63,354 nt of DNA, filler included, from Catajapyx aquilonaris (GCA_000934665.2; 2 parts of 2 records of this genome joined end to end with filler, not necessarily neighbours in it); one strand, 5' to 3'; shown: positions 23,976 through 35,897, counted from the first letter of the whole stretch. Translations and numbers: made by a program. Notes: generated from the sequence alone by a model not told the origin.

Positions 23976-26900
23976 ACCTACATTAGAATTTACGATTTTA
24001 TATTTCGATCAAAAATCGACATACGATTTATGAAGTCGATTTTGATATAATCGGTCACCGATTGATATTGCGCTCATACACGATTGTCATTTATCAATTT
24101 GTGATTTCAGGCACGGCGACTTATTTAAGGCTCCGATTCACATCACCGGATTTATGTAAATGAGATAGTAATAAGGATTTTAAATTTATAGCCAGGTATA
24201 ATTTGGGATTTACGTGATATCTCCTCGGGATGGGTCCACGCAATATTACTGGCCAATACTTTTGGTAATAACTGCCTGAATGTAAGCAGCTTAGTTCCAA
24301 AAACTGCTAGCCACCTAGATCATTTCAATTCGATCATATCGAACTTCCTCCGCATTATTTTGTCATTTTAAAACTGGCAACCCTAGTTGGTGAACAGCTG
24401 ATCACTGTAGGCAACGCTCTACCCCTCTCTCCCCCTCCTTCCATTCTTTTTCGGGAGTAGTGACGTCACGATGCAGTTTTCCTTTCCGGTAGCGGTTCTT
24501 TGCTTCCTTTTTTTCTTACCAGAATTGTTGCGCTTTTTTTTTCTTCCTTTGCTCGCATTATTGCTTACGAGTTCCTCCTCCCCCCTCCTCCCCTCCGATT
24601 GTTTGCAACCGCATGCCACTGGAGGCTTCCCTTTTTTGCGATGGACAAAGACACCTTTGAGGGATATTTTTTTTTCCTTCTTTAAAATTTTTTTAGTCGG
24701 TTGTTCTCTGGCTCGAGCGATCACAAAGAAAGGGATTGTGGGTCGTGACGTCACGAGCCCTACTGACCCAAGGAAGGTGAAAGTAACCGGTTGCAACCGG
24801 ACTGCTCCCCCTCCCCCTCCCTCCACCTACCCACCCCCTCAATCTGCAAAGAAGGAGGGGAAAAAAACCATCTAAGATATGGGGGGTAAATTATGCTGGC
24901 GGTGGCCCACTCTGCAAAACGTGCGAAAATCTGGCCAAAATGTTGCAGAGGGATGGGGGAGAGGAGGGGCTGGGGAAGGAGGGTGATTTTTATTTGTTTT
25001 TTTTTTACCTCGAAGGAAGAAAATTCCTGGCTGAATACATTACCCTACTTGCATTGTTTTGCTCACTTTTTTTTTTCCTCCCCTTGCTTGGTCGAAATAC
25101 TTTCGCTGAATATAATACGTCATCGGATTCCAAAACGGAGCATCGCACATTTTTGCACGTTCAATATTGCTGGGAATTTACTACAAAAAAAGGATAATGC
25201 GCGTTGTCTGACACGTGCCAGCAGTCATTGTACACGGCCAGGCAAAATGTAAGAACAGCGATGCAAAATTGCAAAATTTAGAGCGAATTTCAAAATACGG
25301 TAGCATATTTCTTTGCAAAAAATGTGAACTGCCCGACACGATTGCTGTTTTTTTGCAAGACGTTGAATGTACAAAGCGAGCCAAAATAAGTGGGTTTTTC
25401 GCTATTATATTTGCAAAGCTGCTGAAATTGGTCTCATTGTGGAAAGAAACACATCGTTTTGTCGCCTTCGGAAATATCGTGTGGGTAATTCAGTTTCCAG
25501 TCGCACATTACCGTATAAGTATACGAGTTGCCCATCCGTCACGACGTTCCCTATATAATTCGCAATATATTTTCTTTAGTAGAAATTGCTAGCTGAAACG
25601 AGAACCTTATTCGAACATTGGGACGCATCATGCATCAGGGTACAGCAAGAACATATTCATTAGCGGATTGTTCACTCCAGCAACCAGTTTCTAGAGTGAC
25701 ACCAGGTGGTCATTTCGAAAGGTTGTTGCTGGGATGATGTCTGTTGGGGGCAAGCAGCAATTGTGTCCATCTGTGGGCTTGATGGGCAATAAGTGAATGC
25801 GGATCTGGACCGTTTTTCTTTCCTTGTACATTCCGATGCGTGCCATGTGTATACGGTGGTGTGTACGCACCTCGTAACACACGCGCACCAGTTGTGTCAC
25901 GCTGTGTGAGAAGTGTGTCACGTATTTTACGTATACTTACTACGGAATGTGGTTGGCCGGCTATTTATTCCCACCTTGCTGGTGTGCGCTCTCCCCTCGT
26001 AGCGACACTGCCACGAACGTCGATTGTTTGCCCCAGAAATACCAGTTATGCCAGATGCAACAGCTTTTATTCTGAATGTCGCTTAGCTATTGAAAACTGC
26101 AGTCCAGAAAAATATTTCGCGCTGATTCTCAGCTTTGTCGTCCCCCCTCCCCCATGTCACGCATAGTAACGCTGGACCCCACCACAACTCCCGGTGTTTC
26201 ACCTGCAAAAATTTGGGCACCTTGTTGAATAGTGAGAGCGACGTGACGTTCGGTCGAACTCCCTCCTACCCCACGTCACGTAACGTAACGTACTAGCGTG
26301 ACGTGCTTTATATCGACCCCAAAGCACCTGGGTTCGTACGACTCTCTTTGGTCGAAATTTTGTTCCCTCCAGCAATCAGGTGGGTGAGAAGCGACACAAC
26401 CAGGCGAATATGTCATTTGCTGAGTGGGTCGCATCCTTTCAAAACTAGTCTCGGTGGCGAGTAAACACTCCCTTTCCCCCTGGCAGCTGTGTGCGGACTT
26501 GTTGGGTCACCCTGTAGGTGGAGGCGTGACGGCATTTTGGTGTAGATAAGCCGGGCCTCCCCCTTTCTATTTGGACAAGGTTTGCCAACAGGTGGGTGGG
26601 GTGCCTTGACGTCACATCGGGGGCATGACGTGACGTGACGCGGAGGCAGGCAGGCAGGCAAAGACAGCAAGCAACAAGAGAGTGACCGGTCCGCATTCCG
26701 ACCTCCGCTGTGAGGTCGCCTCAATTCTTTGAAGCACATTTGACAAGGTGGGGGTAAGACATGTTGTGGGGTGTGTGGAGGCGACATTGGTCGGTTCTAG
26801 AACCACCGTGGGAAAGGACACCACCCGGAGCAAACTGCAGTCCAAGGAGGCCCCCAATCACGCTTCCGCTCCCATTTCCAGAGGCCTTCATTCCCTTATC

Positions 26901-28193
26901 AATATTATTGGCAGCAGGGTGAGCCACAAGCACAGGTCAATCTCCCATCAGAGGGTGATAATAAATGTCGACAACCATACTGGTATAACGACGTGGACGA
27001 CGCGGCGATGGCCGAACAGTCTGTCCCAACTCGCCCCGTTTTGGTTGCCTGCACTGCCGCCTGCCAGCCAGCAGTAATTGCACATTGCCGCAATGCGGTT
27101 GGCGACACTTGTCCCTAGAGGCGTGTTACGCATTAGAGTCCTTGTTAGCGCACCAATTGATTCATTGTTCTGGCCCCTCCCCCACTTATCAGACCTTAGA
27201 GGAATGAAAATATGTTGGGGGGAGAGAAAAAACCACCAAGAGCAAGACAAACGACAATGGATATAGTGCCGTGAGGTAGAAAACACAATCAGGCCGAGGG
27301 GTGTCTCCAGGCGTCTCTGATGGTGAATGAATGGAGGCAGTTTCCATTTACTCCAGAAGGCAATTCGAGTCTCTCGCTAATTAATCATCTTACCCTCGAC
27401 ATATAGGGCAATTAATTGCTGTCGATCTAGTTGCACACGAATGTCGTTGTCTTTGGTCATTGTGGAAGTTGAGATCCAGGCTAGAATATTGGAATATGAC
27501 AGATTGCATACAACATGTCGAGTGCTGAGAATGGCGCACAATCTGTGGCCATAACGCACCAATTTCCAGGTTTTCCCGGTAATTGAGTAAATAGTGGGTC
27601 AAAAGGGTTGATTGTGGTTGTTCAGGCCTGATGAATCAAACCGCTGGCTTCCTTCCTGTTGGGAAGATCACGATTTCGGACGCGTTTCGCTCACGTCCGA
27701 CGGAGCCTTGCATTTCCGGGCCTGACGAATTTGTCGGAAACCAGCCAACGGGAGGGAGATTTACGGCGGGGACTAGGTCAGAAGGGCAGCAAGGTCAGGC
27801 GCAGAGAGAGCCCATTTCCTCCAGCAAAGTCATTCACTTGCAAGGGAGGAAGGAAGGGAGGAAGGGGATATGCAGTGGTAAAAAAGGAGGTCAAAGGGAC
27901 AGAGGTCAGGGCTTGACCAATCTCTCTCCACTGCTTCCTATACCTGCTGCACACACTCACTCACTCACACGGTACACGCCCAGCCTTGTCCTCGACTAAA
28001 ATGCACTTTCATGGCACGACACCAGAATAACCACGGGGCTACACCACTTTGTGATGTCGGACATAAAAAGTCACTCGTGACTTCAGAGGCTGGTCACCTC
28101 CCTAAGATATTGTCTCAAATTTATTTACGAATACATTTGAATATAGAGTGATGTGGTGACAATGTACTAAAGAGTGTCGCCTTGTCCTTTCAG

Positions 28194-28385
28194 AGAGGGT
28201 AGAGGGCAGAGGGCGGTGTGGTGCTTCTCTTGGTTGTTGTGCCTCCTAGTGACTGTGTCATCGGCAGAGCCATACGTCGGAGGAGGAGACCAGCATGGAG
28301 GCAACGCGTGCGCCTTGCTCTTGGAGGGTCAGGGGAGGTCATCGGTCATCGACTACACACTCAACACACTCAGAGGGGGAGGACA
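28194..28385 (+). CDS. Cysu: Heme peroxidase exon 2: signal peptide and start of the pro-region
   Basis: Acceptor ttgtcctttcAG, donor GTGAGT. Encodes EGRGQRAVWCFSWLLCLLVTVSSA|EPYVGGGDQHGGNACALLLEGQGRSSVIDYTLNTLRGGG, with a hydrophobic stretch ending in an SSA cleavage-like site. Confidence 0.85.
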
Positions 28386-28503
28386 GTGAGTGCACCCATT
28401 TTATTTGACGATTAATACATGACATGCTACTCCTACCTCAAGTTTACTCTTGAAATGAAGTTCTTAATTCGAATTAATTTAATTTTGTCCCTCCCCCTTT
28501 CAG

Positions 28504-28580
28504 AGGATACAGTGGTCCCCACACGTGCATCACGTACGATTCCGTCAACCAGGCCTACGTCCAAGCCAGGAAATACATGC
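28504..28580 (+). CDS. Cysu: Heme peroxidase exon 3
   Basis: Acceptor ctccccctttcAG, donor GTAAGA. Encodes GYSGPHTCITYDSVNQAYVQARKYM, phases 2/1 consistent with its neighbours. Confidence 0.9.
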
Positions 28581-28657
28581 GTAAGAGTCGTGTCTAAGTA
28601 CAGTGGTGAGGGGATCCGTTGCTCTGGTGACACTTGTTCTTTTTTTCCCGTTGGCAG

Positions 28658-28751
28658 GCGTGGACACTCCAAAGGGTCCGGAGTGGTCGCACGAGGAGTT
28701 GGCAACTGTCGGAGAACTCCTTCTCGAGATCAGCAGGCTGCTCGCCAAAAA
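28658..28751 (+). CDS. Cysu: Heme peroxidase exon 4
   Basis: Acceptor ttttttcccgttggcAG, donor GTGGGT. Encodes VDTPKGPEWSHEELATVGELLLEISRLLAK, resembling the recalled Cysu N-terminal region. Confidence 0.9.
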
Positions 28752-28865
28752 GTGGGTTACATCGGATCATGTCTCTCTGAACAGTCCTAATTGACAAAAG
28801 TTGTCTGTCACTCCGATCTGCAACCTGGTATGGTTTGGCTAAATACTTTGTTTGTCCCTAACCAG

Positions 28866-29257
28866 CTACGGCCTGTCGGTGGAGGAGGTGGAGCACGGGC
28901 TGCCCTTGATCGACACATCGAAGACTCTGATCCGAGAGGTGTGTCCCAACTTCCTGTCAGCCGTGGAGTGCACCCCTGGGAAGTACCGTCGGTTCGACGG
29001 TCTGTGCAACAACCTGCACCATCCTTCCTGGGGAGCGGTCCAGAGCAACTTCGCCAGGCTCCTCCCTCCGTCCTACGCCGACTGGATGAGCAACCCGAGG
29101 GAAGGCTTCACCGGGGGAGGCAGCCTCCCTCTGTCCCGAGTCGTGTCCCGGACTGTCCATCCGGACGAGGGATACCACGACCATGCGGCTACGGTCATGC
29201 TCATCGCCTGGGGACAGTTCATGGACCACGACCTCACCCTCACTGCCACGCCACTTG
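28866..29257 (+). CDS. Cysu: Heme peroxidase exon 5: start of catalytic domain with distal Gln/Asp/His
   Basis: Acceptor ...ccctaaccAG, donor GTACGT. Encodes YGLSVEEVEHGLPLIDTSKTLIREVCP...KYRRFDGLCNN...WGQFMDHDLTLTATPL, containing hallmark motifs of the peroxidase-cyclooxygenase superfamily. Confidence 0.97.
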
Positions 29258-29379
29258 GTACGTACCATCTACGTGATTGTGAAGTTGGTTAGTGAATCCC
29301 AACCACAACGACCATCCGTGTGAACCCGCCGAAGCAACATTTCATCTTGCCTAATGCCACCTTTTGTTGTGTTTCCCAG

Positions 29380-30020
29380 ACCCGATAAACCGCAACGAGC
29401 CAGAGGACTGCTGCAACCGTCCCCCTGCCCTGCGCAACCCTTACTGCCTGGAGATCTACATCCCCCCAGACGACGAGTTCTACTCCCACTTCGGGGTCAG
29501 GTGCCAGGACTTTGTCCGGGGCTTCCCTGGTGTCCGTCCCGGCTGCCGGTTGGGCTCCCGAACCCAGTTCAACATCCTGACGGCCACCATCGACGCCAAC
29601 ACTGTCTACGGAGTCAGAGACGACTTCGCCCGCCATCTCCGAAGCGGCTACGGGGGTCTGATGAGGATGAACCCTGTGTTCTCCCAGTTCGGGCTGCACG
29701 ACCTGCTGCCTCTCAAGCTGGAGGTACCTGACGAGGGCTGCCTCCGCCCCAACCGATCCATGTACTGCTTCGAGGCTGGGGAGATCCGAGTGAACGAGCA
29801 GCTGGTGCTGACCTGCATGCACACCCTGTGGGCCAGGGAGCACAACAGAGTCGCGTCCCAACTGGGCAAGATCAACCCTCACTGGGACGACGAGACGGTC
29901 TTCCAGGAGGCCAGGAGGATTGTCATCGCCGAGGTCCAGCACATCACCTACAACGAGTTCCTTCCCTTGGTCCTCGGTAAGGAGGTCATGGCCAAGTTCG
30001 GACTGCTCTTGCAGAAGGAG
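29380..30020 (+). CDS. Cysu: Heme peroxidase exon 6: Ca-binding loop, distal Arg and heme-linking Glu
   Basis: Acceptor gtgtttcccAG, donor GTACGT. Encodes DPINRNEPEDCC...LTATIDANTVYG...GEIRVNEQLVLTCMHTLWAREHNR...NPHWDDETVFQEARR...QHITYNEFLP...LLQKE. Confidence 0.97.
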
Positions 30021-30094
30021 GTACGTGCAGGGTACTCTGGTGGGAGAGTGACCCTGATTTCTTACTCACTCTTACACATACGTCTGTCGCACAG

Positions 30095-30558
30095 GGCTAT
30101 TGGAACCACTACGACCCGAACGTGAACCCTTCGATATTGGCCCCCTTCTCTGCTGCGGCCTTCCGATTCGGCCACTCCCTCCTGCCCACCGCCATCGAGA
30201 GGTGGAGCAAGGCGCACAAGTTCATCGCCTCGAAGCGCCTGAGAGACCTGATCAGGCAGCCATTTGACCTGTACAGGGCAGGGGTGATCGACGAGTACAT
30301 GATGGGCCTGATGAACCAGGTGGCCCAGGCCATGGACGACTCCGTGACCCAGGAAGTGACCAACCACCTCTTCAAGAAGCACAACGCTCCCTTCGGACTG
30401 GATCTGGCCTCCTTCAACATGCAGAGAGGAAGGGAGTTCGGACTGCCCTCGTACATGGAGTACAGGAAGTACTGCGGGCTCCCAGGGGCGCACTCCTGGG
30501 ACGACCTCCTGGGATCCATGACCAACACCACCATCAAGAGATACGCCTCCATTTACAT
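30095..30558 (+). CDS. Cysu: Heme peroxidase exon 7: proximal His
   Basis: Acceptor ctgtcgcacAG, donor GTGGGT. Encodes GYWNHYDPNVNPSILAPFSAAAFRFGHSLLP...DLASFNMQRGREFGLPSY...RYASIY. Confidence 0.97.
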
Positions 30559-30674
30559 GTGGGTCCACTTAGTAAAACTACACTGCAGATGACATACAGA
30601 ACTGCAGATACGGTGTATTTGCGTGGGATGGAAACTTTCAAGGTCTGACTTATCCTTTTTGTTTGTTTGTCCAG

Positions 30675-30844
30675 GCACCCCCAGGACATTGACCTGTGGT
30701 CAGGCGGCGTGTCCGAGAGGCCCCTTCCGGGCAGTATGGTGGGCCCAACCTTCGCCTGCATCATCGCCACGCAGTTCAGCAACCTGAGGCGAGGTGACCG
30801 ATACTGGTACGAGCTGGGAGCTCATCCCCACTCGTTCTCTCCAG
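30675..30844 (+). CDS. Cysu: Heme peroxidase exon 8
   Basis: Acceptor tttgtttgtccAG, donor GTTAGT. Encodes HPQDIDLWSGGVSERPLPGSMVGPTFACIIATQFSNLRRGDRYWYELGAHPHSFSP. Confidence 0.96.
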
Positions 30845-30927
30845 GTTAGTTCCAGCCCTGCCTCCCCATGACTCCTTATTTCCAGGCATGATGCATCGCT
30901 AACCCAGCGCCATTGTGGCCTTTTCAG

Positions 30928-31036
30928 AGCAACTGTACGAGATAAGGAAGGCGAGGCTGGCGCGGGTGATATGCGACAACAGCGACCTTCTCGACACCAT
31001 CCAGCTTTACCCCATGGTGCTTCCGGATCACGAAAT
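30928..31036 (+). CDS. Cysu: Heme peroxidase exon 9 (last visible exon; the CDS is 3'-incomplete)
   Basis: Acceptor ggccttttcAG, donor GTACGT. Encodes EQLYEIRKARLARVICDNSDLLDTIQLYPMVLPDHE. Exons 1-9 sum to 2156 nt (718 codons + 2 nt), with every junction in phase. Confidence 0.93.
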
Positions 31037-31674
31037 GTACGTGTCTCTTCACCAGAGAGAATTCCTTTAATGTCTTGTCTCCACAGCTTTAACAAGATTG
31101 TTGTTTGTTCCACTCATTTTTATTCAGAATATTGAAAGGCTCCATTAATAATGTCCATATCGTGGAAATGTTCCCTCAGGTGCTAACACACTCCTCTTCC
31201 ATCCGGATTGATCGACCCAGATTGACCCTCGAACCTGTTCAAAACCCACTGTCTCCTCTAGAACTCGATGTAAGGTTGCCAGAGGAATCAGAGGAACATG
31301 CTGATGGCAATGTTTTCTAGTAGTCAGAGTCTTACTTCTTCTGTCTTAGTCAAAAGATTAATGTTATGATATGAGATATGAAAACTTTTGCACAATTTGA
31401 CATAAGTACAACTTGAATGAGTTATTAATGAAATTCGTCAGTTTCGACACGAAACATAAGTTACACTAACGCCATTGCTGCTTATGTTCAGTCGTGTTTA
31501 TATAAAAATGCGCTTTATTTATTTATTTATTCATTCATCTGGCAACCTTTAGCAAATTCAAGTCTGGAAACTGCTTGTTGGTTCAAATCGGTTGTAGAGT
31601 CGCTCATGGTCCAGCCAGAAGGATATTAAGAGACGGATCCACATAATGTAGCATAACGCGAACGTTTTCCACCG

Positions 31675-31774
31675 NNNNNNNNNNNNNNNNNNNNNNNNNN
31701 NNNNNNNNNNNNNNNNNNTTAATTAATTAANNNNNNNNNNNNNNNNNNNNNNNNNNNNNNNNNNNNNNNNNNNN
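31675..31774. other. Assembly gap with synthetic six-frame stop linker
   Basis: Exactly 44 N + TTAATTAATTAA (31719-31730) + 44 N = 100 bp. The 12-mer is palindromic and places TAA in all six frames. Confidence 0.95.
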
Positions 31775-33134
31775 TCCGCTTCATTTTATGCGCCTAGGCT
31801 GATCGAGGTAGGCGTCGATTGTTGTCAAGCTTTGGAACGGGCTACAGTGTGGCAATTACACCGATCCAAGAGCAAATTTGAAGCACAGTTTGGGTATCCC
31901 TCACGTTCCGGATAATTAACCCAATTTGCAAAATCTACAGGGGCGCTTGGTCTTTCTTTTGTAAACGGTATTTCCTGGGAAGAAAGAAAAGAGTAAAAAA
32001 AAGGAAGTTTCCAAGGGTTAGCTAGGGCTGAATCTCGTGCCGTGAATTTCCAAGGAGCGACCCAACTTCTCAAGATCCGGGCTCCTTCAAGGTTTTTTTT
32101 TGGTATAAAGCTCTTCTGGGCTCGAATTTTGTACTCTTTTAGAGTTTGGATTTGATGCACTTGACTGGCTGGAAAGGCAGAGGTCAATTGGAAATTGAAA
32201 CTTTGTACTGTAGCCTATAGGAAGAGTCCAGTACCACAATGGGTATGTATGAGTAACCTAAAATTGCAACTGGGAACAATATTGTGAATGGTAAAAAGTG
32301 TGTTTAAGTGGAACAAAATTCGAGCAAAGAATATGCCACTCAAGGAGACATTTTTTTTGCACAATATAATCCCTGAAGTAAACGAATGTTAGAGTGACTT
32401 CAAAATTTCTTGGAAGAGGTAGGAAATTTTCTTGAACTCTGGTTTCCTGCTTATTATGGACAACTTGGCTTGCAAAACTACCAAGACTGCTGCAGGCTGT
32501 CACTTTTTTTTTCCTTTCCATCCTTTTCTAGTTCTCAGTTTTTCACCGCACATTTTTTTTATCCTCCTCATGGCATGCCGGAATGAGAGTCACGCGACGA
32601 AAAGGATACTTTGGTCTTTTTCTGGTTCTCTTGCTCCTTAAAAACTGTTGGCATATCTTCTCCGGAGTTTGTCAAGGGAGTTGACGAAGGGGCTGACACG
32701 GCCTTCTGATGAAACTTCTTCTTTTCCCCCCCTCATTTTTTGGCCCGACTTGTTCGCGGCCTTTTTCGATTTCCCAGTTTACTCTACCTTTGTGTATAGT
32801 TGCCAATTCCCTTGCTGCAAATGGAAGAAATCGACTTTGTGAAAACTTGCCGCCGGTTCATGCGGATGTTTAGTAAAGGGGCATATGCTGGCAGTTTTTA
32901 TTTGTCTTTTTGTTCTGGTAAAGGTGGCTGCCAAGGGACTCAATATTGGAGCGACTTTTGGCCAAGATGAGGAAATTCCTGTTGCATTCTAGAGCAGTCT
33001 GCAGAGAATGTCTGGGTTTATCTGATCATTTTAAAACAATAATTTAAATTTAGTTTAAACAAGTTATTTGCACATGTTGCGCCATCTATGGTGCGCGTCA
33101 GGAAGCTCCATCACTGTCTGGTGGTGAAAAACTG

Positions 33135-33304
33135 AAAATCCTATTTAGGAAGTTTATGCTCAAAAAAGTGTGGTTTTTGGACTTTCATCACAATCAGCGG
33201 AATACATAAACTATCAAGTTGCAAAGTTTCAGTACTCTCAGTAGTCTGAAAGTGCGTTAGGTAGCCATGATAGACATACAAGGAAACTTTCCGGTTTATA
33301 TGTA
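33135..33304 (+). mobile_element. Dispersed repeat copy A (non-autonomous Helitron/DINE-like 3' part)
   Basis: Core AAGTTTCAGTACTCTCAGTAGTCTGAAAGTGCGTTAGGTAGCCA aligns by eye with copies at 37848-38072 (-) and 43630-43797 (+). The repeat is seen directly; the family call is inference. Confidence 0.65.
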
Positions 33305-35897
33305 CACAGTGACGGACTCCTGGCCTTTCTTCCGATAGATGCCTTGATACCCCCTGACTAAAGTGAATCATGCGGAGGTCACCTTGGGTGACGGATATTG
33401 CGCAAGATCCTCTAGTTCCGTAAACTGAACTAACGAGGGTACTGCTATTTTTCACTGCCTTTTTGGCTACTCTTCTCGCGATGACAAATCGCTGCCATGT
33501 TTTACGCCAGTTTGCATGACACGCTCCTTTTTTTATTGAGTTGTATTTCGCGGATCATCACTACAAATTTGGGTGCTGTAAATGACTGGGCGACAAATCC
33601 CATTTTGAAGGATACTTTCCTGCCGGATAAGGAAGGTCTTTCCTGGAGAACAGGCCCTTCTTCAAAATCACATCGGGTGGCAACCAGTGTTGGAGAAAAT
33701 TGAATTGCGCCGTGGGTAAGAGCAAGGGCACACCAAGCCCTCAGGCCCAGAGAGTCCAACCAGACTACTAACCAGACCTAGGGTATAAACATGGCCCTAT
33801 CATTCCCCCCGTAACTACATTTCTGCACCTTTCAACACAAATCGCCAGCCAAATCATGACGTCTCTTATTCGTATACAATGTAGCCGATTGGGTCGGCTC
33901 TAAAAAGGCAACTCATAAATTGGATTTGGCGATTTGGGAATTGGAAATTTACGGCCGAACGGATCTCCACAATGAGGATATTGTGAACGTCATTTCTACT
34001 TTTACGGGCCGGCACTGTGCTAAATTGTGCAGCCCTACCGTCTTTCTTTGGCACACCGACAATATCCATTTCCGCGATGTGGAAGAGGGAAGCCTGTAAA
34101 AAAAAATTGGAAGCGATATGTGGTCCAGCTATTGGACCTCTTTTATTGCTTAATAGATCAGTCCAGGCAGTTGCTTCTGACCGTAAACCCAGGAGGAGTC
34201 CTTCGCGATTATTATTTACAGCCTTCTGCACCGGATTGCTAGGAAACATGCAACGAAGCTGATTTCTATGCGGATTGCGCTATTTGGTATGCAGGACTTG
34301 AATTCACCTTGCCCATTTCTATGAGATTCAGACCCAGGAAAGAGCATCTGTAACGTGCGACCCATTAAATGAGGATCAATATTTGCAACCAAAAAAAAAC
34401 ACTCAAATTTTGTCCGGTTTTTGTGCGACACTTTAGGTGTATGGGCAGCGTGTGAAGGATGAATTGTCTGCGGGCGGCTTGGCGACATTGATGCGATTTG
34501 CTCCAATCCCCAATCCTAGTCCCATCCACTACTTGCCTGCCGGCTCACTCGGAATTCATCAAAGAGAAGCCGCGTTGGCAGTATCGCGTTCCGGAACATG
34601 AACACTGCAAGAGGGCAGGGAGAGAGAGTCTAGGGGGAAAAAAAATAAAAATTGAAATTCAGGCAGCTTGCAATCCGTTAGAGCCATTCCGGCCGCCCCC
34701 GACATTTTGACACCGTCACTGATCGATCCCTCGACGAAATGGACTCAGGAACTCCATTCTTTATGCATTTCACTCAGATCCTGCGTGGGGAGAGTCTTAA
34801 TCATAAATGCAGTGTGTGGGGGACTAACAGGTGGTTTGGGTGGGGACAGTAGTTGTCACCGCCCGTTACTGTCACCCTCCGTCACATAAGTCATATAAGT
34901 AAGGTCTGGTCACTCCCACCCACCCCCTGCCGGGGCGTTTTGCAGCGGGGGGTCACCTGAGAGCGCCATGAGACATTTCGGGGCCACGATAAGTGGCGAC
35001 CCTACCGGACTAGGCTGAACTTTATAGGTACGAAAGGGAACGCATTGGTCCATTTACATCGATACCGGTACATCGATTTCCTGCCAATCATCGCATTGTA
35101 CGGCCATATATATTCTACGCATGCGTCGAGTCCGCTAACCGAGGCGTGATTGACCACCTCAGATTATGTGTACCTACTGGGCGAAACTAGGCTTGGGTGT
35201 ATCTCCTCTCCGTGTCTGTCAGCATCAGACGGGGGTAGTCCAGAGAGCATATCGACATTGCTGGCTTGCTGTCTCTCGGAATCCGGGCCGCAGCCTCCGG
35301 AATTGCAACTGCACGCTGCCACTCCCACGGCTAGTGTAAATTTCCTGCCGACGACTGCCCTAATTAAGAAAATAATTAGATTCCGCAATTTTCATTTTCC
35401 AGCAGCTCATTGTCCCCTCCACTCCTTTACTGTTGCTAACTCCTCCACTTACACCTACGGTACAAAGCCTCGTATGTTTTTTTGTTGTTGTTTTTTTTTG
35501 TGACGGAGATACTGGGTGTATACCTAAGCTCGGTATCATTTTTCTCGGGGCTTGCGGAGCTTTGGGCGAGGGGCGTTGCTTTGACAGGATAGGTGTTTAT
35601 TTTCTGCGCTACAAAGGATTAAATTAGTGCGCATTACACTGATTATCAGCATTAGCCCGGGTGGCTTTCATCACATCTGTCGTATAACGAGCCAGCGAGT
35701 AATTTATTCCAGTTGATCATTTTCGCTCGCGAGCCTTTTGTCGCGTCGCTTCGCCTTATCCGCTGGCGAGTACTGGAATCTCGCTTTTAATGTTGGAGCG
35801 ACTATACATGGTCCGAAGTTGAAATTTTGAGAAACTGTTTCAGAAAGTGTTAAATTTTAGGGGCGAAACGGTGCAAAAATGAAATATTCTGCATTTT

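Noticed and set aside
24419..24875. Lys/Arg-rich 135-aa and Phe/Leu-rich 134-aa ORFs
   Set aside because: Products of T-rich and C-rich low-complexity tracts, with no splice or domain support.
29289..30568. Long minus-strand ORFs (217 aa, 168 aa, 147 aa) and alternative-frame plus-strand ORFs
   Set aside because: They are shadows of the GC3-rich peroxidase exons, track exon positions, and show no recognisable domain.
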